From assembly GCF_009914755.1 (NCBI RefSeq), contig NC_060938.1: a stretch of DNA of 64,000 bases; one strand, given 5' to 3'. Of this stretch, positions 14,901 through 30,880 are shown one piece after another. The stretch's first letter is position 1. Each line of letters opens with the position of its first letter. The notes beneath the pieces are model-generated. The model searched no databases and was not told where the DNA came from. It was given only the letters and a program-made list of their open reading frames with translations. The stretch is from the human T2T-CHM13v2.0 reference genome, Homo sapiens. Position numbers and translations under genes: made by a program.

Positions 14901-15716
14901 ACTTCTTTATTTCTGCCTTAATTTTGTTATTTATCCAGTAGTCATTCAGGAGCAGGGGTTCAGTTTCCATGTAGTCATGCAGTTTTGAGTGAGTTTCTTA
15001 ATCCTGAGTTCTAATTTGATTGCACTCTGGTCTGGGAGACTGTTTGTTATGATTTCCATTCTTTCACATGTGCTGAGGAATGCTTTACTTCCAATTGTGT
15101 GGTTTATTTTAGAATAAGTGTGATGTGGTGCTGAGAAGAATGTATATTCTGTTGATTTGAGTTGGAGAGTTATGTAGATGCCTATTAGGTCCACTTGGTC
15201 CAGAGCTGAGTTCAAGTCCTGAATATCCTTGTTAATTTTCTGTCTTGTTATCTGTCTAATATTGACAGTGGGGTGTTAAAGCCTCCCACTATTCCTGTGT
15301 GGGAGTCTAAGTCTCTTTGTAGGTCTCTAAGAACTTGCTTTATGAATATAGGTACTTCTGTATTGGGTGCACAGATATTTAGAATAGATAGGTCTTCTTA
15401 TTGCATTGATCCCTTTACTATTATATAATGCCCTTCTTTGTCTTCTTTGATTTTTGTTGGTTTTTAAAGTCTGTTTTATCAGAGATTAGGATTGTAACCC
15501 CTGCTTTTCTTTGCTTTCCATTTGCTTGGTAAATATTCCTCCATCCCTTTATTTTGAGCCTATGTGTGTCTTTGAATGTGAGATGGGTCTCCTGAATACA
15601 GTACACTGACAGGTCTTGACTCTTTACCCAATTTGCTAGTCTGTGTCTTTTAGTTGGGGCATTTAGCTGTTTACATTTAAGGTTAATATTGTTATGTGTG
15701 AATTTGATCCTGTCAT
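11901..15716 (-). pseudogene. ORF2: Disrupted L1 ORF2 (EN/RT)
   Basis: ORF fragments 14946-15215, 14539-14838, 14240-14434, 13612-13938 ([11 protein letters not shown]), 13057-13518; many frameshifts and stops. Confidence 0.9.
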
Positions 15717-15779
15717 CATGATGCTGGCTGGTTATTTTGCCCATTAGTTGATGCAGTTTTTTCATAGTGTTGATGGTCT

Positions 15780-16805
15780 TTACAATTTGGTATGTTTTTG
15801 CAGTGGCTGGCACTGGTTTTTTTCTTTCCATATTTAGTGCTTCCTTCAGGAGCTCTTGTAAGGCAGGCCTGATGGTGACAAAATCTCTCAGCATTTGCTT
15901 GTCTATAAAGGATTTTATTTATCTTTCACTTTTAAAGCTCAGTTTGGCTCAATATGAAATTCTGGGTTAAAAATTCTTTTCTTTAAGAATGTTAAATATT
16001 GGCCCCCACTCTCTTCTGACTTGTAGGGTTTCTGCAGAGAGATCTGCTGTTAGTCTGATTGGCTTCCCTTTTTGGGTAACCCAACCTTTCTCTCTGGATG
16101 CTCTTAATATTTTTTTCCTTCATTTCAACCTTGGTGAATCTGACGATTATATGTCTTGGGGTTGCTCTTCTCGCGGAGTATCTTTGTGGTGTTCTCCCTA
16201 TTTCCCAAATGTGAATGTTGGCCTGTCTTGCTAGGTTGGGGCAGTTCTCCTGGATAATATCCTGAAGGGCGTTTTCCAACTCGGTTCCATTCTCCCCGTC
16301 ACTTTCAGGTACACCAATCAAATGTAGGTTTGGTCTTTTCACATACTCTCATATTTCTTGGAGGCTTCGTTCGTTACTTTTTATTCTTTTTCTCTAACCT
16401 TGTCTTCATATTTTATTAAATTATGTTGATCTTCAATCTCTAATATCCTTTTTTCCATTTGATCGATTCTGCTACTGATACTTGTGTATGCTTCACGAAG
16501 TTCTCGTGCTGTGTTTTTCAGGTCCCTCAGGTCATTTTTGTTCTTCTCTAAACTGGTTACTCTAGTTAGCAATTCTGCTAACCTTTTTTCAAGGTTCTTA
16601 GCTTCCTTGCATTGGGTTAGAACATGCTCCTTTAGCTCAGAGGAGTGTATTATTACCCACGTTCTGAAGCCTACTTCTGTCAATTTGTCAAAGTCATTTT
16701 TTGTCCAGTTTTATTCCCTTGCTGGCAAGGAGTTGTGGTCCTTTGGAGGAGAAGAGGCTTTCTTGTTTTTGGAATTTTCAGCCTTTTGTGCTAGTTTTTC
16801 CTCTT
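15780..16805 (-). pseudogene. ORF1: Disrupted L1 ORF1
   Basis: Fragments 16381-16683 (coiled coil), 15992-16342 (RPNLHLIGVPE), MLRDFVTIRPALQELLKEAL; start codon appears mutated. Confidence 0.88.
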
Positions 16806-19800
16806 CTTCTTGGATTTATCTACCTTTGTCTTTGATGTTGGTGACCTATGATTGGAGTTTTTGTGTGGATGTCCTTTTTGTTGATGTTGATGCTATTCCT
16901 TTCTGTTTGTTAGTTTTCCTTCTAACAGTCAGGCCCCTCTACTGCAGGTCTGCTGGAGTTAGCCAGAAGTCCACTCCAGACCCTGTTTACCTGGGTATCA
17001 CCAGCAGAGGCTGCAGAATAGCAAAAATTGCTTCCTGTTCCTTCCTCTGGAAGCTTCTTCCCAGAGGGGCACCCACCAGATGCCAGTGGGAGTTCTCCTG
17101 AATGAGATGTCTGTCATCCCCTGCTGGGAGGTGTCTCCCAGTCAGGACGCATGGGGCTCACAGACCCACTTGAGGAGGCAGTCTGTCCCTTAGCAGAGCT
17201 TGAGCGCTGTGCTGGGACATCCGTTGCTCTCTTCAGAGCCAGCAGGCAGGAACATTTAAGTCTGTTGAAGCTGCACCCACCGTCACCCCTTCCCCCAGGT
17301 GCTCTGTTCCAGGGAGATGAAAGTTTTACCTATAAGCCCCTGACTTGGGCTGACTGCCTTTCTTTCAGAGATGCCCTGCCCAGAGAGGAGGAATCTAGAG
17401 AGGCTGTCTGGCTACAGCTTCTTTGCAAGCTGTGGTGGGCTCCTCCCAGTTCGAACTTCTTGGTGGCTTTGTTTACACTGTGAGGGGAAAACCCCTATTC
17501 AAGCCTCAGTAATGGTGATGCCCATCCCCCTGTCAAGCTCTAGCATCCCAGGTTGACTTCAGACTGCTATGCTGTCAGCGAGAATTTCAAGACAATGGAT
17601 CTTAGATTGCTGGGCTCTGTGTGTAACAGGGATCACCCTGCCATAAAAATCAGATTATTTGTCATTATTTGCTGAGCTAGACCACTTGGCTCCCTGGGTT
17701 CAGCCCCCTTTCCAGGGGAGTGAATTGTTCTGTCTCACTGGGATTCCAGGTGCCACAGGGATATGAAAAAAAAAAAAAAAAAAAAAAAACCTCCTGCAGC
17801 TAGCTCGGTGTCTGCCCAAATGGCCACCCAGTTTTGTGCTTGAAACCAAGGGCCCTGGCAGTGTAGGCACTGGAGGGAATCTCCTGGTTTGTGGGTTGCG
17901 AAGACCATGGGAAAAGCATAGTATCTGGACCAAAATGCACCGTTCCTCATGGCACAGTCCTTCATGGCTTCCCTTGGTTACGGGAGGGAGTTCCCTGACC
18001 CCTTGTACTTCCCGGGTGAGGCGACACACCACTCTGCTTTGGTTTGCCTTCCATGGGCTGCACCCACTGTCTAACCAGTCCCAGTGAGATGAGCTGGTTA
18101 CCTCAGTTGGAAATCCAGAAATCACCTGCCTTCTGGGTTAATCTTGCTGAGAGCCACAGACCCGAGCTGTTCCTATTTGACCATCTTGCCAACTATCCAC
18201 ATCTACCATATGTAATGCATATATGCTCTGCTGGGCGGAGAAATGGGCATCCTTGAAGAGCTTAGAATCTAGCACCTCTTCAAGCCTATATTTTTGAATT
18301 GGTCAGTATTTGTTTAGTACACGTGGGGCCTAGGGCTGTTGAAAACGGTTATAAAATTTCCACTTGAGGGTACTATCTACTGCAAGCAGAAGTAGAACTT
18401 ACAATTTGATGAGAATTTAGCAAGTCAGGCCTAACAGTTGATTGGCAAACTAGTTTTGCTTATTTCAGTGGATATCAATGCCATTTTTAGATTGTCATTC
18501 CATTCTGACCAGCTGTTTGGATGTCTACTTTTAACCTGCCTTTTTGTATATGTACCATCCTCTTTTGTTTCCTTATACTGCTGTGATAATGCTTTGTTTT
18601 GTTAATGTTTTAAAGTGTCAGTTAATTTACAATAGCTTGTAGTCATTTTCTTAAACACTGACAGCACATTATCTACACTGTGGAGCTCTGAAAAATTCTT
18701 GGGCATTCAAAAGGAGTCCTCAACTATGAAAATATAAAAACTACTGTATTGAACTATAAAGCTACCAGGTGCAAAAAGAAAATCTGTGTTTATTTTACTA
18801 TGGCATGTATTTTTTTTTATGTAGAAGCTCAATCTCGTTTGTAAATGCAACCGAGTATCTTTTTCATTTAGAGATTGCTTTCTATTTAATTTTATTCATT
18901 TACCCAAATACCCACTTTCTCTATTACAGAAAACATTTCTTATTTGATGTTGCTTTCCCCATGACCCCCATCTGTCTCCCACTGAATCAACTAAGGCAAT
19001 GTCTTCCGTAAAAATTTTAGAATTTACACGAACATCTGTCTGTATTTCTCTCTCAAAATAATTTTGAATCTGTGGCATTGTAAGAGTCTTTTAACTTAAA
19101 CAATTCTAAAATTTTCATAGAGTTTTCCAGATGTTTTTTTCTGAATGGAAACTTTGTTAAACCACAATCTGTTAAGGCCTCAAAAAAGATTTGGTTTCTT
19201 GTTTTTCCTTTTCCTCTCTTTGCCTCATATTGAAATTGAGTTCTATGTCATCTCTAGTTGGAAAGATTTTTCTCCCTTTTTTCCCTTTCTCAGTGGACCA
19301 CACTTCACTTTTAGAGTCATAATAAAACATCATTTAAATGAAATGTACAAGGCAATAACCACTGAACTCAGTATCATTAAATATTTATCAATACAATACT
19401 ACAAGTTTGACTGTGAAATAAACATTAGGCCCTGTAAATTTAATAGTTTCCTGTAAAAGGAAAAAAAAATTCTCCTCAAGCTTTTGCAGCCCAGAGTACT
19501 GAACTTAACAAATAAATAGTTCATAGTGTGCCAAAACTGAATTGCCAAATGATTGACCACATCCTATACTACACAAGGAAAAGGCCACTATTGTTTGTAC
19601 AAGTGTGTTTCATTCAGTGTTTTACTTTGGTAGATAAATAATATGAAGTTGACATTTCTAAATTAATCTTTGTTTTCAACTAGCTGCAGATGAGGGAGTA
19701 TGGTACATGGAAAATAAGCTGGAGGGTTTAGGGAAAGAGGAACACTAGGAAGTCTGGACCTGTTGATTGGAATTTGTGAGAATTAGACCCAATTTAGAGA

Positions 19801-20555
19801 ATATTTATGTTAGCATTGCTATATCTGTACATAAAAAGTTCTACTCTTTTTTTTATCATTGTTGTGGGTTTTTTTTAAAAAGAAACAATAACAAAAGAAC
19901 CACTATAAAGAAGTAGATAGTGGTTTTACAGTAATAGAAGGCAGATAAAACATTAGTTTTTAATGATTGCACACTGGTACCAATGACAAAAAGTATGTTT
20001 TATTAAATGGTGTCTTGGAAAACTCTAATGTGTCACTAACAAAATATACCTTACATAGAGTGATTTATTTTTCTTATTTTTGTTTGAATCAGGAATACTA
20101 GAATCAGTATCTTCTATTATGTGTATATTAATCAATAAAATCACAAAATACCAAAATCAGAATGTATTTTTAAATTTCAAAATACTCTAGAATATATATG
20201 TTTACACACTCTCTCACACACACAATCTCAATTGGTTTACTGGCCTTCTAAAGCAATAAATTACCTATGTATAGCAGATAATGCATATTAATGTAATTGT
20301 GATTAAAAGACCATTAAATATTTGGCCTTAGAAATAGTTATGATTTTAAGAAAAAAAATCTTGTAACAAGAATGATTATGATAAGAAGAATAATGTTTAT
20401 ACAATAAATTATAGTTCACAGAAACTTATTATATTTCACCTCCATTGAAACATAGTCCTGTGAAGAAGGGAGGAGAGGTATTAACATTCTACTTTCATAA
20501 ATGAGAAACTTATGACTTGTACAGCTTAAGGTACTTGTTGAAGGTCACCACAATT

Positions 20556-21320
20556 AACATTTGGTTTTCTGTTTCTGCATTTGTTCACTTAGGATAATGG
20601 CCTCAAGCTCCATCCATGTTGCTGCAAAAGACATGATCACATTATTTTTTATGGCTACATAGTATTCCATCGTATATATGTACCACATTAAACTAAAGAG
20701 CCTCTGCACAGCAAGAAAGCTATCAACAGAGTAAACAGACAATCAACAGAATGCGAGAAGATATTTACAAATCATGTATCCAACAAAGGTCTACTATCCA
20801 TAATTTAAAGGAACTTAAATAAATTAAGCAAAAAACAAAAAAACCCATTAAAAAGTGGGCAAAGGAATAGACACTTTTCAAATGAAGACATACATGTGGC
20901 TAGCAAGCCTATGAAAAAATTCTTAGCATCACTGATCATTAGAGAAAAGTAAATCAAAACCGTAATGAAATACTATCTCACACCAGTCAAAACCACAATG
21001 AAATACCATCTAACACTATCTCACCAACCTCAATAGCATCTGTTAAAAAATAACAGATGCTGGCAAGGTTGCAGAGAAAGGGGAATACTTATACACTGCT
21101 GAGGGAAAGGTAAATTAGTAAAGCCATTGTGGAAAGTAGTTTGGCGATTTGTCAAAGAACTTAAAACAGAATTATCATTCAACCCAGAAATCCCATTATT
21201 GGGTATTATTGGGTATTCGCAAAGGAATATAAATCATTCTACCATAAAGACACATGCACATGTATGTTCATCATAGCACTATTTCACAATAGCAAAAACA
21301 TGGAATCAACCTAAATGTCC
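20556..21320 (-). mobile_element. Old primate L1 (L1PB/late L1PA-like) fragment with 5' inversion
   Basis: 20556-20689 is minus-strand ORF2 end; 20687-21320 is plus-strand upstream ORF2; ATT shared at the junction. Confidence 0.85.
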
Positions 21321-21476
21321 TGCTTCTTTTTATAAGGAAACTAATCCAATAATGAAGGATCCATTTTCATAACCTAATAACCTCCCTAAAACCCTATCTA
21401 AAAATACCATCACATTGGAGATTACGGTTTCAACATATGGATTTTGAGGGGAACCCAAACATTTAGTCCACAGCAA
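21321..21476 (-). mobile_element. MLT1A/B-like MaLR LTR half
   Basis: AATACCATCACATTGG...TTTCAACATATGGATTTTGAGGG...AAACATTTAGTCCACAGCA. Confidence 0.7.
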
Positions 21477-22312
21477 TAGTATCAGAAGACATAGATCACT
21501 GATTTTAAGATGGGCACATACCAATTAAAAATATTTGAACTCTGGGAGCCCATACCCTAATACAGAATCCACATCTTAGGACAGCACACCTGACATCAGA
21601 AAGATCACACTATGCCCTAGAACTATACAGTCTTCCTTTATCTATATGCATGCTGTATGTCAGAAAAGAGTTTTCATTTGTGGATTTAATTGCTCGTGAA
21701 TCAACTCGATGAATGTCAGAAATAGGCTTTTACTGTAAAAAGTATTCAAGATATGGAGACTAAAAATATGTATCAAAGAGTTTTCTCACACTTCCATGAA
21801 AACCTCATTATAAACATCTATGAAGTCTTGCTCTTTTATCCACGGGGATACTGCTTGGAGGATAAATCCCCGGAGCTTCTAGCTGTGAACTGCGGGATTC
21901 TGGTTGCTGATGCCAGCCACGCGGAGTAGTCCCTACATTTGGAATCCCGGCTTGAATAAACTCTCTGTGAAAGACTTGGAGGGCCTTGAGTCTGCAAGGT
22001 AGGCCATGTGATCTTTTTTTTTTTTTTTTAAAGCTTGCTTGTTTAATGCATGTTTAATAAATAAATAACTCTATGTGTGACAAAATTTGGCCTGGGACAC
22101 ACTTTAATTATTGCTTTGAAGCGAGGTCATGGAGTGAGTAGATAACCTTATTTATTGCAAAACTTCTTTGGCAGCTAACACTAACAACCGAAAAACACCC
22201 AAAAGTTGTGCTTGAGGAATTCAGCAGGCCACTTTGCCTCGTGCATGCCAATGAAATAACTGGGTGTTTATAATGAACGTTTATATTACTATTTTTTTTC
22301 CAGATACTCTAG

Positions 22313-22619
<307 letters not shown>

Positions 22620-23127
22620 AGATTCAGAATTATTAAGTTCACTTGTTTTTCTTGAAAATATAAGAAGAAAACATACACTTTGGTTAAAATCACCACTAGT
22701 TTGGTTTTTTTACTAATAATGAATCTTTTCTTGAGAAAAATATATTTTCATTGACAATACTTCGTTTGCCTACATTTCCTTTTGAAGATATTTTTAAGAT
22801 AGGGCCTTTACTCTTATATTTGCTTATAACATTTCCATGGTAACACTACATCTTTTCACAGCCTCTCTCTCCCTTTTTTAGGGTAATAGCAGCTGAAACA
22901 AGGATTTAAAAAAAAATTTTTTTTAATTAAGAGTCCCAAATGAATTCTTCTATTGTAATTCTATTTTTTGCATATATTTTATAAATGCCCAGTAAGTTTT
23001 TCTTGAAAATTATTTTATTTCACAAGATGATTTTATGTAAAAATAGAAAATGTTCTCTGCGTTTTTATTGTATCAAAAAATATATAAAAACAGGGGTTGT
23101 GTCATAAATAAGGATGGATGTATTTGT

Positions 23128-23330
23128 TTAAATACATATGTTAATATATATAGAGGCAGAAATATATTTATGCACAAATATACACACAAATCTGTGCATG
23201 TTTGTGCATAAATTTTGTGTATGTGCACATATATGTGTGTATATATGTATGTGTGTACACATACAAATACACATACATATATACACACATAAACACATAT
23301 ATGTACACAAATACATACATATGTATTTAA
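23128..23330. repeat. (TA/TG/CA)n low-complexity tract with nested inverted repeats
   Basis: Alternating purine-pyrimidine; perfect 23-bp IR 23232-23254/23269-23291. Confidence 0.9.
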
Positions 23331-24077
23331 GGTTTTTAAAAATTAAACCACTCATGACTAGATATCACATTTAATAAGTACCACATGAAAACACAGGGAG
23401 GTTGATAAATAAAGGATTTCCAGGGGATATGGCATAGTCAGCAAAGAACAATATAATTTTATTCTATATGGCTTTGTCTTTCAATGAAAGAGAATAATGG
23501 GAGCCTGATAGCACCAGGACATTATTAGAAATGCCTAGAGAGTAAAGAGGAAAATAGTTTGCTCACCTTGACAGAGGACATGACCAAATTCAATTTCATT
23601 TCATCTTGAGCATCTGAATGATCTGTGTTCAGGTAGAAATAAATCTGAATTGTGATCAACCAGTTATAGATGATCTATAGACCGTGTGTACAAATAATAA
23701 TGTCTTTAGAGGGTTGGTGATGGAAACATGATTTGTAAACTTGCCTTTTAATTCTTTTTGAGGATCCTGAGAACAGATAGCAGATATAATGGCATCTGTT
23801 TTCAGGCTATCACCTGGGTAATTTCCCGTGTAGTTTAGCATCTTATTAATACACAATGCACGAACATTTCACTCAAGGATTGCCTAGGTACTGGTTGTAC
23901 CATTCGCTGATTTCTTTATCTTATTCACGCAGTTTTGACCACTAGGCTGCTATGACCAAAACTTTCAAACATTTCTGAATCCCTGAGCTCAGTATTCAGA
24001 CATAAAATATGATCTGTCTCAGATCTTGCTGTCTTCACTGCCCCAAAACTCTCAGAAGATACTTTTTAGGCTCATAG

Positions 24078-24095
24078 TTTTTTTCTTTCTCTTTT

Positions 24096-24163
<68 letters not shown>

Positions 24164-24280
24164 TTCTTTCTTTTCTTTCTTTTCTTTCTTTCTTTTCTTT
24201 CTTTCTTTATTTCTTTCTCTTTCTCTTTCTTTCTTTCTTTCTTTCTTTCTCTCTTTCTTTTTATTTTCTTTCTTTTGTTT
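24078..24280. repeat. (TTTC)n polypyrimidine microsatellite, probably from the L1MC A-tail
   Basis: Directly visible; abuts the 3' end of a minus-strand L1MC. Confidence 0.95.
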
Positions 24281-25229
24281 TTAAAGACTGTATTTCCTTA
24301 GAGCACTTCTAGATTGAGAGCAAAATTAAGAATATAGTACAGAGATTTCCCATAAAAGCCCTGCACTCACACATGCATAACCTCAACCGTTATCAACATC
24401 CCCCATCAGAGTGGTACACTTGTATATTTGTACAACTGACACATGATTTTTACCCAAACTCCAAAGTTTACACTAGGGTTCACTCTTGGTAGGTGTACAC
24501 TCTATGGGTTTGAACAAATGCATAGTGACTTTATCTGCCATGATTGTATCATACAGAGTATTTTCACTTCTCTAAAGGTCTGCTGTGCTCCACCTATTCA
24601 TCCTTCCTTCCTCCCTAAGCTCTGGCAACCATTCATTTTTTCCTGTCTCCATACTTTTTTTCTTTTCCAGAATGTCATACAGTTAGAATCACACAGTATG
24701 TAAGCTTTTCAGATTGGCTTTCTTCATTAGTAATATGCCTCCAAGTTTCCTCCATGTCTTTTCATGGCTTGATAGCTCATTTCTTTTTAGGGTTGAATAA
24801 TATTCCATTGTCCGGATATACCACAGTTTATTCATTCACCTGCTGAAGAATCTTTTGGTTACTTCCAAATTTCAGCACTTGTGAATAAAGCTTCTATAAA
24901 TGTACTTGTGCAGGTTTGTATGTGGACATATGTTTTCAACTCCTTTATGTATATACATAATATACATATGTATATAGAAACACAATTGCTGGATAGATAA
25001 CACTGTAAGAGTAGTTACTTTGGCAGTTAGCTTTGTAAGAAACTGCCAAACTATCTTCCAAAGTGGCTTTGCCATTTTGTATTTCTACCAGCAATAAATG
25101 AGAGTTCCTGTTGCTCCACATCCTTGCCAGTATTTGTTGTTGTGGGTGTCCTAGATTTTTGTTATTCTTATAGGTGTGTAGTGGTATCTCAATGTTGTTT
25201 TAACTTGTAATTCCCTGTTGACCTGTGGT
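24281..25229 (-). mobile_element. L1MC-like 3' end, host of the L1HS insertion; resumes at 30976-31082
   Basis: GTACAGAGATTTCCCATA...AACATCCCCCATCAGAGTGGTAC; continuous across the TSD. Confidence 0.8.
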
Positions 25230-25237
25230 GTGGAGTA

Positions 25238-25274
<37 letters not shown>

Positions 25275-25477
25275 TATACTCTAAGTTTTAGGGTACATGT
25301 GCACATTGTGCAGGTTAGTTACATATGTATACATGTTCCATGCTGGTGCGCTGCACCCACTAATGTGTCATCTAGCATTAGGTATATCTCCCAATGCCAT
25401 CCCTCCCCCCTCCCCCGACCCCACCACAGTCCCCAGAGTGTGATATTCCCCTTCCTGTGTCCATGTGATCTCATTGT

Positions 25478-29329
<3,852 letters not shown>

Positions 29330-29368
29330 TCATTAGTTGATGCAGTTTCTTCCTAGTCTCGATGGTCT

Positions 29369-30385
29369 TTACATTTTGGCATGATTTTGCAGCGGCTGGT
29401 ACCGGTTGTTCCTTTCCATGTTTAGTGCTTCCTTCAGGAGCTCTTTTAGGGTAGGCCTGGTGGTGACAAAATCTCTCAGCATTTGCTTGTCTGTAAAGTA
29501 TTTTCTTTCTCCTTCACTTATGAAGCTTAGTTTGGCTGGAAATGAAATTCTGGGTTGAAAATTCTTTTCTTTAAGAATGTTGAATATTGGCCCCCACTCT
29601 CTTCTGGCTTGTAGGGTTTCTGCCGAGAGATCTGCTGTTAGTCTGATGGGCTTCCCTTTGAAGGTAACCCGACCTTTCTCTCTGGCTGCCCTTAACATTT
29701 TTTCCTTCATTTCAACTTTGGTGAATCTGACAATTATGTGTCTTGGAGTTGCTCTTCTCGAGGAGTATCTTTGTGGCGTTCTCTGTATTTCCTGAATCTG
29801 AACGTTGGCCTGCCTTGCTAGATTGGGGAAGTTCTCCTGGATAATATCCTGCAGAGTGTTTTCCAACTTGGTTCCATTCTCCACATCACTTTCAGGTACA
29901 CCAATCAGACGTAGATTTGGCCTTTTCACATAGTCCCATATTTCTTGGAGGCTTTGCTCATTTCTTTTTATTCTTTTTTCTCTAAACTTCCCTTCTCGCT
30001 TCATTTCATTCATTTCATCTTCCATTGCTGATACCCTTTCTTCCAGTTGATCGCATCGGCTCCTGAGGCTTCTGCATTCTTCACGTAGTTCTCGAGCCTT
30101 GGTTTTCAGCTCCATCAGCTCCTTTAAGCACTTCTCTGTATTGGTTATTCTAGTTATACATTCTTCTAAATTTTTTTCAAAGTTTTCAACTTCTTTGCCT
30201 TTGGTTTGAATGTCCTCCCGTAGCTCAGAGTAATTTGATCGTCTGAAGCCTTCTTCTCTCAGCTCGTCAAAATCATTCTCCATCCAGCTTTGTTCTGTTG
30301 CTGGTGAGGAACTGCGTTCCTTTGGAGGAGGAGAGGCGCTCTGCGTTTTAGAGTTTCCAGTTTTTCTGTTCTGTTTTTTCCCCAT
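29369..30385 (-). CDS. ORF1: LINE-1 ORF1p (p40), RNA-binding chaperone (338 aa)
   Basis: MGKKQNRK...NHAKM, coiled coil, REKG and ARR motifs; 63-nt spacer before ORF2. Confidence 0.98.
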   Translation of the reverse strand: MGKKQNRKTGNSKTQSASPPPKERSSSPATEQSWMENDFDELREEGFRRSNYSELREDIQTKGKEVENFEKNLEECITRITNTEKCLKELMELKTKARELREECRSLRSRCDQLEERVSAMEDEMNEMKREGKFREKRIKRNEQSLQEIWDYVKRPNLRLIGVPESDVENGTKLENTLQDIIQENFPNLARQANVQIQEIQRTPQRYSSRRATPRHIIVRFTKVEMKEKMLRAAREKGRVTFKGKPIRLTADLSAETLQARREWGPIFNILKEKNFQPRISFPAKLSFISEGERKYFTDKQMLRDFVTTRPTLKELLKEALNMERNNRYQPLQNHAKM

Positions 30386-30679
30386 CTTTGTGGTTTTATC
30401 TACTTTTGGTCTTTGATGATGGTGATGTACAGATGGGTTTTCAGTGTAGATGTCCTTTCTGGTTGTTAGTTTTCCTTCTAACAGACAGGACCCTCAGCTG
30501 CAGGTCTGTTGGAATACCCTGCCGTGTGACCCTGCTGGGGGGTGCCTCCCAGTTAGGCTGCTCGGGGGTCAGGGGTCAGGGACCCACTTGAGGAGGCAGT
30601 CTGCCCGTTCTCAGATCTCCAGCTGCGTGCTGGGAGAACCACTGCTCTCTTCAAAGCTGTCTGACAGGGACACTTAAGT

Positions 30680-30880
30680 CTGCAGAGGTTACTGCTGCCT
30701 TTTTGTTTGTCTGTGCCCTGCCCCCAGAGGTGGAGCCTACAGAGGCAGGCAGGCCTCCTTGAGCTGTGGTGGGCTCCACCCAGTTCGAGCTTCCCGGCTG
30801 CTTTGTTTACCTAAGCAAGCCTGGGCAATGGCGGGCGCCCCTCCCCCAGCCTCGTTGCCGCCTTGCAGTTTGATCTCAGA
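30680..30880 (+). promoter_or_regulatory. L1 antisense promoter region (about L1 nt 400-600), pointing into the right flank
   Basis: Corresponding 5' UTR segment is retained; position inferred from known L1HS architecture. Confidence 0.7.

Larger units (their letters stand above)
11684..18198 (-). mobile_element. Full-length (about 6.5 kb) inactive L1, L1PA7-like
   Basis: 5' end CAAGATGGTCAAATAGGAACAGCTC on minus strand, long 5' UTR, fragmented ORF1/ORF2, L1PA7-type 3' UTR, decayed tail; no clear TSD. Confidence 0.9.

Noticed and set aside
11640-18230. TSD for the L1PA7
   Set aside because: No convincing duplicated flank found; decay cannot be distinguished from target deletion
16484-18256. 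Several 70-205 aa ORFs overlapping the L1PA7 ORF1 and 5' UTR
   Set aside because: Antisense or off-frame readings of L1 sequence with no independent coding signal
23563-23645. Possible small minus-strand exon with AAG/GTGAGC donor
   Set aside because: Weak acceptor, unrecognised peptide, no supporting neighbours
23073-24301. Low-complexity ORFs rich in Y/I/H/C or F/L/S
   Set aside because: Microsatellite translations
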